Below, in pieces: positions 50,209 to 59,139 of a stretch of 64,000 nt of DNA. The notes beneath the pieces were generated by a model, which was not told where the DNA came from, made no database searches, and saw only the letters and a list, made by a program, of their open reading frames with translations. The DNA is taken from positions 9,972 through 73,971 of IMG/VR virus record IMGVR_UViG_3300032893_000028; one strand, written 5' to 3'. The DNA comes from a virus. The first letter of the stretch is position 1; every line of letters starts with the position of its first letter. A program made the position numbers and the translations under genes.

Positions 50209-50920
50209 CGATCACCTCCTCCTCCACCGTCGGCTCACCGGCGAGCGCGTCGACCTCCTCATCGTCCGCGGCAAGGTCCGTCTCCCAGGCGCGCGAGAAG
50301 CTGCGGTCCTTGAAGGCCTCGCGCAAGCCGGTGATCTGCGCCAAGCGCAGCACTTCGTCGGGGTCCATGCCGAGGTCGCGGCCGATCTTCTCGTCGCTCC
50401 AGTTGCGGCGCTTGAGCTCGATCACGATCTTGGACATCTGCTCGACCTGGTGCTTCCCGCGCGCCCGGTTGTGGCGAATGGTCGAGGCGATGCGGTCTGA
50501 GCGGTCCTTTTGCGTCGAGCGAATTTGCACGACCGGCAGGTAGCCCTGGACGCGCTTGCGCACCACGTCCGACTCCTTGCCGACGCGATGGCGATGGAAG
50601 CCGTCGACGACGACGAACGCGGCCTTCTCCTCGTCGAGGTCGGCGACGATGGGCTGCGTATAGCCGTCGGCGTCGATGGAAATCTCGAGCAACTTCATCT
50701 CCGGCGGCGCCACGGCGTTGGGGTTGTAGTCGTTCGCCGTGACGAGGTCCGACTCGATCCACAGGACGCAGTCGACCGGCTCGGACGCGAACGGACTCAC
50801 GTCGTGGAGCGCCTCTTTAATGCGGTTGCACGCGTCGACGCGCTCGGCGAGCGGCATGTCCTTGATGGCTGCGAAGAGCCTCTGCGCCTCCGCGACGACG
50901 TCCTTTTGCCTCTTTTCCAC
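50201..50920 (-). CDS. ParB/Srx-like protein (IbrB/YbdM family)
   Basis: 'NDYNPNAVAPPEM.LL', 'DGYTQPIV', 'VDGFHR', 'STIRHNRARG', 'LGMDPDEVLRL'. Confidence 0.9.
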   Translation of the reverse strand: MEKRQKDVVAEAQRLFAAIKDMPLAERVDACNRIKEALHDVSPFASEPVDCVLWIESDLVTANDYNPNAVAPPEMKLLEISIDADGYTQPIVADLDEEKAAFVVVDGFHRHRVGKESDVVRKRVQGYLPVVQIRSTQKDRSDRIASTIRHNRARGKHQVEQMSKIVIELKRRNWSDEKIGRDLGMDPDEVLRLAQITGLREAFKDRSFSRAWETDLAADDEEVDALAGEPTVEEEVIDG

Positions 50921-50922
50921 GG

Positions 50923-52129
50923 TTACGCCCTCTTCGCCGCGAATCGCCCGCGACGCGTAAATCGGTAGGTCCTTGTCCGGCGCTCCGCCGCGCAGCACGG
51001 CCGGCACATGCGCGACTGCGTGTGGATCCAAACGCCGCAGGCGCAGCGGCGCGATTTCTGACGCGATGGCGCGCCCTGGCGCTCGCCAGCGTGGCGGCGA
51101 ATATTGTGCCCGCTGATGCCGCAGTGGTTGCAGGCCATTACCACACGCTCCCGCGGTCGCGGTCGGTCGACGCGCGACGCTCGCGCGCCCGACCGCAGAA
51201 GGGGCAGAAGTCGACCGGGTAGTGGCGCCCGGCGGCGACGAGGTAGAGCACCCCGCGGAGCCGCGTGGCGCGCAGCACTCCGGCGGCGAGCGCCGATTCG
51301 AGCGCGTCGCAACATACCTCGACCATGGACGACTCGGCGCGCTCCTCAGGCGACGGCGGCCCCATGCGGAGGATCATCGATTCCACCAATCCTCCCCGCT
51401 CGCGCGCCGGCGAGCCTGGTACACCTTCGTGAAGTCCACCACGCGCGCCGACGGCTCGCGCACGACCCGGTTGCGCTCGCGGGCGCGGCGCACGAGCCAG
51501 ACCCCGAACGCGAACGGCACCGTCACGACCGCGGGCGTCAAGAAAAAGAGGGCGATGAGCGCCAAGCGGCGGCGACGCGGGGTCATCGCTTCACCGGTTC
51601 GGTTCCGTAGAGCAGAAGCTGCGCCTGCAGCCGCGCGATCGTGATCCTGTTCTGCTCCGTGAACAGCTCTCGATTCTCCTTGCTGTCCATCGCCCGCAGG
51701 AAGTAGCGGAGCACCGCCGCGAGCACGCGCGCCTCCTCCCTCGAGATCTTCACGGCACCCACCCCGCGACCGAGGCCCACGACAGGCTCGCCGCTGCGCC
51801 GAAGGCCGCGCCCGCGAGGCCGACCAGCGCCAGCACCGCGCGGCGCTCGCTCTCGGGGGCAAGGACGGCGAAGATCGCGGCCGACACCGCGCAGGCGTAG
51901 CCGACGTCGAGCGCGGTCACGAGCGCGCCTCCGACCGGCGATCGGCGTCGGCGAACGCCTCCTCCCAGCTCCAGCCCCGACCGTAGGCGAACGTGCCGTT
52001 GGGCAGCATATCGCCTCCGATCGTGCCGACGATGCATTCGCCGTCGCGGGTGATGGCAGTACCCGAGAACCCCCAGCGCCGACGCGCCTCCCTGCGCGCG
52101 TCATCGATGCCCATGATGGCCGGCTTCAT
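50923..52129 (-). CDS. Run of small early ORFs (50923-51138, 51138-51389, 51374-51586, 51583-51753, 51750-51920, 51917-52129); Zn-finger and membrane types
   Basis: Coupled overlaps downstream of promoter copy 9. Confidence 0.55.
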
Positions 52130-52149
52130 GCTCCCCTCCTCGTGCCCCC

Positions 52150-52192
52150 ACCTTGCGCCTAGTCGCTCCGTTCGTCAACAAAAATCTTCTAA
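52150..52192 (-). promoter_or_regulatory. Promoter motif copy 9 (TTGACG-17-CAAGGT); divergent TTGACA-18-CACAAT at 52226-52255 (+)
   Basis: AGATTTTTGTTGACGAAC. Confidence 0.7.
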
Positions 52193-52266
52193 CGCGGTGC
52201 GCACCGTCGGCGATCGTGGGCAAGCTTGACACGCGAGAGGACAACGTAGCACAATCGTCACCTTCC

Positions 52267-52491
52267 ATGAAAACAAAAAACAAAAAGTCGAGCGCGCCCG
52301 TCGCCGCGTCCGCCCGACGGGAGCTGCTCGCGCTCGTGCGCCAGTTGGGAGAGGACGCCGTGCTCGCTGTGCTCGGCACTCGGCGCGACACTCTAGCGCG
52401 GGCGCTCGCCGGTCTGAACGTGCACGCCGGCACGCGCGCGGCCGTCGAGGCGGCGCTCGCCAAGCTGGCGGCCGAGCGCGGTGCGGCATGA
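52267..52491 (+). CDS. Small HTH-like protein
   Basis: 'LAVLGTRRDTLARALAGLNV..GTRAAV', resembling 26012-26200. Confidence 0.55.
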   Translation: MKTKNKKSSAPVAASARRELLALVRQLGEDAVLAVLGTRRDTLARALAGLNVHAGTRAAVEAALAKLAAERGAA

Positions 52492-53027
52492 GATGCCCAA
52501 AATGCGGTGGTGCGTTCGACAAGTGCATCGACGGGGCTTTGTGCGTCGACTGCAAAGGCGTTGGCCATTGTACCAAATGCGAAATGCAAGCTTGGGTACT
52601 AGCGCCAGATGGCGATTTTTATATACCGAATTCGCCTATCGAACGTCTTCTATTGACGGCATTACTGCGTCAATGTCCCGCTGATATCGTTTGGGAGCAG
52701 ACACGCCAATGCTATGGTAATTCATACGGTTATAATATTTTTTGTTGTGCCAAGTCTGACGATCCCCCCTTTTTAGTACCGCAATATCCTGTCGGTCGTT
52801 ATCGAATCGATTTCGCCATTATTGGCGACGATCGAAAAATCGCTATCGAGGCAGACGGGCACGACTTCCACGAGCGAACGAAGCAGCAAGCCGAGCACGA
52901 CCGGCGACGCGATAGAGACCTTCAGGCCGCTGGGTGGACCGTCTATCGATATACCGGCTCGGAAATCTACCGTGATGCCGATGCCTGCGCGCGAGAGATC
53001 TTCGCGCGCGTGTGGGGGCTCGCATGA
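52488..53027 (+). CDS. DUF559/Vsr-like endonuclease-domain protein
   Basis: 'QYPVGRYRIDFA', 'IEADGHDFH', 'DRRRDRDLQAAGWTVYRYTGSEI'. Confidence 0.85.
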   Translation: MRCPKCGGAFDKCIDGALCVDCKGVGHCTKCEMQAWVLAPDGDFYIPNSPIERLLLTALLRQCPADIVWEQTRQCYGNSYGYNIFCCAKSDDPPFLVPQYPVGRYRIDFAIIGDDRKIAIEADGHDFHERTKQQAEHDRRRDRDLQAAGWTVYRYTGSEIYRDADACAREIFARVWGLA

Positions 53028-55519
53028 CGCGTCTTGAGCTGGCGCTCGGGCTCGCCGCGGCGGGCATGAAGATCTTTCCCTGCCACTCCGTCACCGATGG
53101 CGCGTGCTCCTGTGGCGACGAAGGCTGCAAGCCCAACAACCGCGGCAAGCACCCGCGCCTCGGAGGCTGGCAGCGCGAGGCCACGAGCGACGAGGGCAAG
53201 ATCCGCGCGTGGTTCGGCTTCTGGCCGGACATGAATTACGGCGTGGCCACCGGCGCGCCGTCGGGCGTCTGGGTGCTCGACATCGACCCCGACAAGGGCG
53301 GGTGGGATTCGATCGCCGAGCTCGTGGCGCAGCAGGGCGCGCCGCCGACGACGTTCGAGACGGTGACGGGCTCGGGCGGGCAGCACCTGTGGTTCAAGCA
53401 CGTCGCCGGCCTGCGCAACCGATCCGCCATTATGCCCGGCATCGATGCGCGCGGCGACGGGGGCTACGTCATCGGCCCGGGCTGCGCCAACGCCAAGGGG
53501 CAGTACGCGGTTGGCTCCGACGCCGACGTGGCCGAGGCGCCAGCATGGCTGGTCGAGATGGTGCTGCCGGGCAAGCGCGAGCCGCGGGCGACCAAGGGTG
53601 AGGACCGCAGGCCGACGGCGGAGGAACTGCCGCTCGTGCGCGAGCACGCCAGGGCGGACATCCAGCGCCGACCGCCTGGCAAAGAAGGGCAGGGCGGCGG
53701 CCCCGCGCTCCTGCACGTCTGCCGCGACTTGTACCGCGGCTACGGGCTGCCCGACGACGCGGAGACGCGGGCCATCGTCGACGAGTACTGCGCGCGCTGC
53801 GAGCCGCCGTGGTCGGACGCGGGCGAAGTGGATCACAAAGTCGATGAGGGGCAGGACGAGGATAAGGATCCCGACGGCAGGCCGGTCGGCTATCTGCTAC
53901 ACGAGTTCTACGTCCGGCAAGCGTTCGAGCTCGCCGCGAACGAAGAGACTGCGCGTTGCCTGACCGACAAAGTCGTGCGGCTGGACGTCGACGAGCACCG
54001 CGTGGTCGACGAGGTCATCGGCCACCTGGGCCTGCTCGAGGGGCTGTACACGCATTCGGGCGCGCTCGCCGATGTGGTCATGCAGCGTGGAGACGACCCC
54101 AAGGAGGGCGGCGACGACGGCATCCGGCGCAGCGCCGGCGCGTGCCGCGTACGGCGGCTGCCAGCCGCGCGCGTGCGGACGCTCATCACCCGGGCGTGCA
54201 AGCTCGAGAAATGGGACGGCCGAGCCAAGGATTTCGTGCCCGCCCATCCCACCGATTGGCTCGTCTCGGGCGTGCACGCCGAGGGATGCTGGCGCGGCAT
54301 ATCGCCTCTCATCGGCGTCGGCGACGCCCCGGTCATCCTGCCCGACGGACGCGTCGTGAGCGCGCCGGGGTACGATAGGGAGAGTGGCATCTTCGTCTCC
54401 GACGGTGTTGAGGTCAACGTGCCGGATGCGCCAACGAGGGACGACGCGCGAGCCGCCGCCGACCGCGTGCTGGCGCTTGTGGACCAGTTCGACTTCAGCA
54501 AGCCCGCCAGTCGGGCGGCATGGTTGTGCGCGCTCTTGACGGTGGTGGGCCGCTTCGCCTTCCGAGGCTCTGTGCCGCTCATGCTGTTCGACGCGTCGAC
54601 GCCGTCGTCGGGAAAGACACTGCTCGTTGACCTCATCTCGTCGATCGCGTTCCGCCGCTCGGCCTCGCGTACGGCCTGGTCGCCGCACGACGAGGAGGTG
54701 CGCAAGACCATCACCGCCACCGCTATGGCCGGTGACCGGCTTCTGCTCTTCGACAACGTGCCCAACGGCTCGACGTTGCAGTCGGCGGCGCTAGACGCCG
54801 CGCTGACGAGTGACGGGTGGTGGTCCGCGCGCATCCTCGGCACCAACGACATGTTCGATGGCCTCCTGCACACCGTGTTCTTCGCCACCGGCAACAACCT
54901 GTCCATCGGCGGCGACCTAGCGCGGCGCATCCTGCACGTGCGACTTGAGCCACAGGACGATCGCCCCGAGCTGCGCACTGGGTTCCGATATCCTGGTGGT
55001 GAGCTCCTCATCCACGCCAAGCGCTCGCGCGCGGCCATCTTGAGCGATCTCTTCACCATCCTGCGAGCTGCCATCTTGGCAGGGCGCCCGCGCGTCGGCC
55101 TAAGCGCATGGGGCTCGTTCGACGACTGGTCGGCGACTGTGCGCGCGCCGCTGGTATGGCTCGGTCTGCCCGATCCCGGAGACACCCGCGAGGCATTGCG
55201 CGACATGGCGGACCGCGGGCGCAGCGCATCCTGGACGCTGGTGCACGAGCTCGATCGCATGCTCACGGCTAACAAGCGCGGGCGCCGCATGACCGCCAAA
55301 GCCGTACTTATGGCCGTCGCCGATCCGTCTTGGGACGCGCTCAAGGACGCCATCGACGAGCTTACCAACGTCAAGCCCGGGCACCAGCCCACGCCGAGCC
55401 AATTGGCGCGCGTTTTTTCGACTTTGAGGGGGCGGTACTTCGGCGGAAAAACGATTGAGGCCATAGGCGAGAAGGGTGAGCTAGGACGGGAGTGGACGGT
55501 CAAAATCAAACCCACGTAA
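53024..55519 (+). CDS. Bifunctional primase-polymerase fused to a P-loop helicase-like domain
   Basis: 'GKHP', 'NYGVATG', 'VLDID', 'TGSGGQHLWF', 'GIDARGDGGYV'; 'PSSGKT', 'LFDN', 'TGNN', 'DLARR'. Confidence 0.9.
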   Translation: MTRLELALGLAAAGMKIFPCHSVTDGACSCGDEGCKPNNRGKHPRLGGWQREATSDEGKIRAWFGFWPDMNYGVATGAPSGVWVLDIDPDKGGWDSIAELVAQQGAPPTTFETVTGSGGQHLWFKHVAGLRNRSAIMPGIDARGDGGYVIGPGCANAKGQYAVGSDADVAEAPAWLVEMVLPGKREPRATKGEDRRPTAEELPLVREHARADIQRRPPGKEGQGGGPALLHVCRDLYRGYGLPDDAETRAIVDEYCARCEPPWSDAGEVDHKVDEGQDEDKDPDGRPVGYLLHEFYVRQAFELAANEETARCLTDKVVRLDVDEHRVVDEVIGHLGLLEGLYTHSGALADVVMQRGDDPKEGGDDGIRRSAGACRVRRLPAARVRTLITRACKLEKWDGRAKDFVPAHPTDWLVSGVHAEGCWRGISPLIGVGDAPVILPDGRVVSAPGYDRESGIFVSDGVEVNVPDAPTRDDARAAADRVLALVDQFDFSKPASRAAWLCALLTVVGRFAFRGSVPLMLFDASTPSSGKTLLVDLISSIAFRRSASRTAWSPHDEEVRKTITATAMAGDRLLLFDNVPNGSTLQSAALDAALTSDGWWSARILGTNDMFDGLLHTVFFATGNNLSIGGDLARRILHVRLEPQDDRPELRTGFRYPGGELLIHAKRSRAAILSDLFTILRAAILAGRPRVGLSAWGSFDDWSATVRAPLVWLGLPDPGDTREALRDMADRGRSASWTLVHELDRMLTANKRGRRMTAKAVLMAVADPSWDALKDAIDELTNVKPGHQPTPSQLARVFSTLRGRYFGGKTIEAIGEKGELGREWTVKIKPT

Positions 55520-55743
55520 TGGGTGGCTGACGACCCTGACGATCCTGACGCTCTAAATACGGAGCTAGCTAAACTCGCACACACATATACTGTAATTTAC
55601 AGTATAGCGGTACAAAAGGTAGGAGAGTGTAGGATGCGAGTTTAGCTGGGTCGGCTATGGGATCGTCAGGATCGTCAGGGTCGTCAGTCTTCAGGTAATG
55701 GGTGTTCATGGCGAGATTGAACTTAGCGATCGCCCATTACGTG
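55513..55743. repeat. Nested inverted repeats with 9-bp iterons; candidate replication origin
   Basis: 11-bp (55513-23/55733-43), 24-bp (55527-50/55664-87) and 13-bp (55567-79/55635-47) IRs plus TATACTGTAA-T-TTACAGTATA (55586-55606). Confidence 0.75.
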
Positions 55744-55779
55744 TGTGTGAGCTAAGTCGATCTGGCGGCAATTGCCGAT

Positions 55780-56373
55780 TTGCCCGAAAGCGTAGGGCGT
55801 GCCAAAGTCAAAAGCGTGGGAGCTAGTGGGAATCAGCCCTCAAACGTGGGCAAGCCTACAAAAAGACCGAGGGGCGACCGGCGCTCGGCGATGGACGTGC
55901 AGCGCGACGTGGCGCGGGTGGCGGCGATGCTGGCCGAGGGCGAGCCCCGCTGGCGTATCCTGGCCGCGTTCAAGAGCGAGCGGGCGCGGTCGCGCGTCGA
56001 CGACTACATCGCCCAGGCGCGACGGCAGTGGGTGGCGGACCATGCCGACGAGCTGCCGACGGCGCGCGAGGCCTATCTGGCGAATCTGCGCGCCAAGGCC
56101 ACGTTGTGCAAAAAGCTGGGCCAGCTCAGCGTGATGGCGAAGTACGACGACATGATCGGCAAGCTCCTGGGCGTACTCGAGGGCGACAAGCACCTGCACC
56201 TGCACGCGCAGGGCGCTCCGGCCGCGCAGGAGCCCGCCCAGGCCGCGATCGCGGCCAAGGTGGTATCCACGCTGCCCGACCACGTCCTCGAGGCCCTAGA
56301 CGAGGCGGCGGAGGCCTCCGGCGTGAAGTCTGAGACGCTCGCCCTTCCGGCCCGCGTGGACGGGGTCGATTGA
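55780..56373 (+). CDS. terS: Terminase small subunit (start uncertain)
   Basis: Helical HTH-like protein overlapping the terL start. Confidence 0.6.
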   Translation: MPESVGRAKVKSVGASGNQPSNVGKPTKRPRGDRRSAMDVQRDVARVAAMLAEGEPRWRILAAFKSERARSRVDDYIAQARRQWVADHADELPTAREAYLANLRAKATLCKKLGQLSVMAKYDDMIGKLLGVLEGDKHLHLHAQGAPAAQEPAQAAIAAKVVSTLPDHVLEALDEAAEASGVKSETLALPARVDGVD

Positions 56374-57995
56374 CGCGGCCCGGGCTTCAGCTCGCGCAGA
56401 CGTTATTGGCCGACCCGGTCGCCATCCGCGCCGAGCGCGCCAAGCGCAGCTTCGCCTACTTCGTCAAGCGCGGTTGGGAGCACGTGGCGCAGGTCGAGCC
56501 GCTCGTCTGGTCCTGGCACATGGACGCCATCGCCATGCACGCTCAAGCGCTCGCCAAGGGCGAGATGGAATGGCTGTGCGTCAACATCCCGCCGGGCCAC
56601 GCCAAGAGCGTCTTCACGTCGGTGTTGTGGCCGGCGTGGATCTGGACGTGGTGGCCCAAGTGCCAGTTCATCTTCGGCTCGTATTCGTACGGCTTCGTCG
56701 TGCGCGATGCGCGCCGCTGCCGCGACCTCATCCGCTCGGATTGGTACCAGGAGTGGTTCTGCAAGCGTGACGGCTGGAATCTGCGCGAGGACTTCGGCAG
56801 CGCCGACAACTTCACCAACACCGCCGGCGGCGTGCGCTTCGCCACGTCCATCGGCGGCCAGGGCGCGGGCCTGCGCGCGCACGTCATCGGCGTCGACGAC
56901 CCGCTCAACATCCAGGACGCGCACTCGAAGATCGAGCGCGAGGCGGCGCTCGAGTGGGTGCGCGGGACGCTGTCGCAGCGTTTCATCGGCGGCTACCAGC
57001 CCAAGTTCATGCTCACGATGCAGCGGCTGCACGAGGACGACCCGTCGGCGTGGGTGGCGTCCAAGAAGGGCGCGCAGGTGCTCTCGCTGCCCTCGGAGTT
57101 CGAGCCCGAATCGGCGTGCAGGACGCAGCGGATCGTCACGCGCGTCAACGGCCACGTCGAACGAGTCGTCGAGGACTTCTGGAGGGACCCGCGCGCGGCG
57201 CGCGGCGAGCTGCTCTTCCCGGCGCTCTACCCTAAGGAGCGCATCGAGCACGACAAGACGACGCTCGGGCCGTTCGGCTTCGCCAGCCAGCACCAGCAGC
57301 GCCCCGCGCCCGAGGGCGGCGGGCTGTTCAAGATCGAAAATTGGCGCTTCTGGAAGAGCGACGACGCGACCATGGAGCGGCTCGGCCTTGTCGGAGGCTC
57401 GCGCCCTCGCGGCGCCTACGACGGTCCGGCGCGCCCGCTCGACCTCGACGCGCTCGACGAGCAGCTCATCTCGGTCGACGCGACCTTCCGCGAGACCAAG
57501 ACGGGCAGCTTCGTGGCGATTCACGTCTGGGGCAAGCTGGGCGCGCGGCGCATGCTGCTCTACCGCGTCAAGCGGCGCATGGACTTCACCGACACGGTGG
57601 CCGAGCTGTTGCGCGTGATCGCGCTCTTCCCCGACGCGCGGCGCAAGCTCATCGAGGGCAAGGCCAACGGCGACGCCATCATCTCGGCGCTCGAGCGCTC
57701 GCACGGCATCTCGGGCTGCATCGCGGTCTCGCCCGGGACGGCGAATAAGTCGGCGCGCGCCCATGCGCAGCAGCCCTTGCAGGCGGCGGGCAACGTCGAG
57801 CTCCCGGACGGGGCGCCGTGGGTCGAGGACTACATCGCGATCCACGCCGCGTTCCCCAACGGGCGCGAGGACGACGACGTCGACGCGCAGTCGCAGGGCC
57901 TGCAGGGCTTCGAGCAGGAGCAGGGCACGGCCGACCTCTGGGCGCAGGTCGATCTCGGAATCGAGGAGGGCGACGAGTGGGACGCGAGAACGTAA
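56370..57995 (+). CDS. terL: Terminase large subunit
   Basis: 'NIPPGHAKS', 'VDDP', 'MQRLHEDD', 'QQRPAP', 'SVDATF', 'IEGKANG', 'FPNGREDDDVDA'. Confidence 0.95.
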   Translation: MTRPGLQLAQTLLADPVAIRAERAKRSFAYFVKRGWEHVAQVEPLVWSWHMDAIAMHAQALAKGEMEWLCVNIPPGHAKSVFTSVLWPAWIWTWWPKCQFIFGSYSYGFVVRDARRCRDLIRSDWYQEWFCKRDGWNLREDFGSADNFTNTAGGVRFATSIGGQGAGLRAHVIGVDDPLNIQDAHSKIEREAALEWVRGTLSQRFIGGYQPKFMLTMQRLHEDDPSAWVASKKGAQVLSLPSEFEPESACRTQRIVTRVNGHVERVVEDFWRDPRAARGELLFPALYPKERIEHDKTTLGPFGFASQHQQRPAPEGGGLFKIENWRFWKSDDATMERLGLVGGSRPRGAYDGPARPLDLDALDEQLISVDATFRETKTGSFVAIHVWGKLGARRMLLYRVKRRMDFTDTVAELLRVIALFPDARRKLIEGKANGDAIISALERSHGISGCIAVSPGTANKSARAHAQQPLQAAGNVELPDGAPWVEDYIAIHAAFPNGREDDDVDAQSQGLQGFEQEQGTADLWAQVDLGIEEGDEWDART

Positions 57996-59102
57996 GGGGC
58001 TTCGTGCATTACTTCCGCTGTGAGGGCAGACTGCCCGATGGCTCCGTGTGCGGCGCGCAGCGGTGCTATGACGAGGATGATCGATATCATGCCGCGTGCG
58101 CGTGCGGCACCCACTCGAGCGCCGAGGACGGCAGACCGTTGGTACAGTATCGTTTGACCATACCGATGCGCCCACCGCCTACGCGTATACCGAGCGACGG
58201 CGTCATGGTGTTGGCGTGAGCGCCGTCGACGACGCCATCGCCGGCCGCGAGGTCGTGCAGGTCGATCACAACCGCGCCGGCACGCGCATGCGCGTCGTGG
58301 TGCAGGGCGAGGACGGTAGGGAGGAGTCGCTCACGTTCCAGGCCGTGGGCGGCGGCGGCGAGTGGCGCCTCGTCGGTCGAGGCTCCGCGCCGGTCGACCT
58401 TGAGGGCACGCTGGAGGAATTTCGCAGATTTTAATTGACTAACTCGGATGCGCGCGGGATCATGCGCGGTGGAGGTCGGAGCATGACGACGGAAGAGAAA
58501 ATCGAACGAGCCAAGAAGCTGGACGCTCGCGTGGGCGAGGACGTGTACTTCGTCTCGGACGGGCAGACCGGGCCGATGCCCGACAAGCACCAGGCATTTG
58601 GTGGCTCGGGCGGCGGGGTCAAGGCGGTCACCGTCAAGATCGACGCCAGCGACCTTGAGCCGTTGCTCGAGAAGCGCCTCGCGCCCGTCCAGAAAGCGCA
58701 CAAGCTAGCCCTCGACCTCCTGCGCGACCTGCCCGCGCGCCTCCTCGACGCGTCGCTGCGCGCTCGCGTGCTGGAGGTCGAGCGCGCGCTCGTCGAGGCG
58801 ATCAAGCCCGAGACCGCGAGCGACGCGAAGCCGAAGCTGGGAGACGCGTGCGCGGCTATGGTCGCGGCGTATGACGACTGATGCGGGCATGGACAGAAGG
58901 GGCGCTGACCAAGATGCAATGCGAGGAATTGCAAGAATGGGCGCGGGCCAATAAACAGCGGCTTATATCTGATGCTGCCGAGGGAAACGTCGAAGCGAAA
59001 GCGGTCATCAGTTTACATCGGATGCTAGTTCGGCATGCGGATTGGCCCACGTGGGCGCTATTCGCTGGCGCGGTGGTGGACTACATCAAGGAACGCGGCT
59101 AA
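57976..59102 (+). CDS. Four small ORFs between terL and portal (~57976-58219, 58216-58434, 58483-58881, 58881-59102)
   Basis: Coupled frames; the last two follow promoter copy 10. Confidence 0.5.
58426..58463 (+). promoter_or_regulatory. Promoter motif copy 10 (TTGACT-17-GATCAT)
   Basis: AGATTTTAATTGACTAAC. Confidence 0.6.
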
Positions 59103-59139
59103 CTAGACCTTTTCGCCACATCCGCGGTACCTTCGTTGC

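Noticed and set aside
55586-55606. LexA/SOS box (TACTGT...ACAGTA)
   Set aside because: CTGT-ACAG spacing is 5 nt rather than 8, and it is embedded in the larger origin-like palindrome
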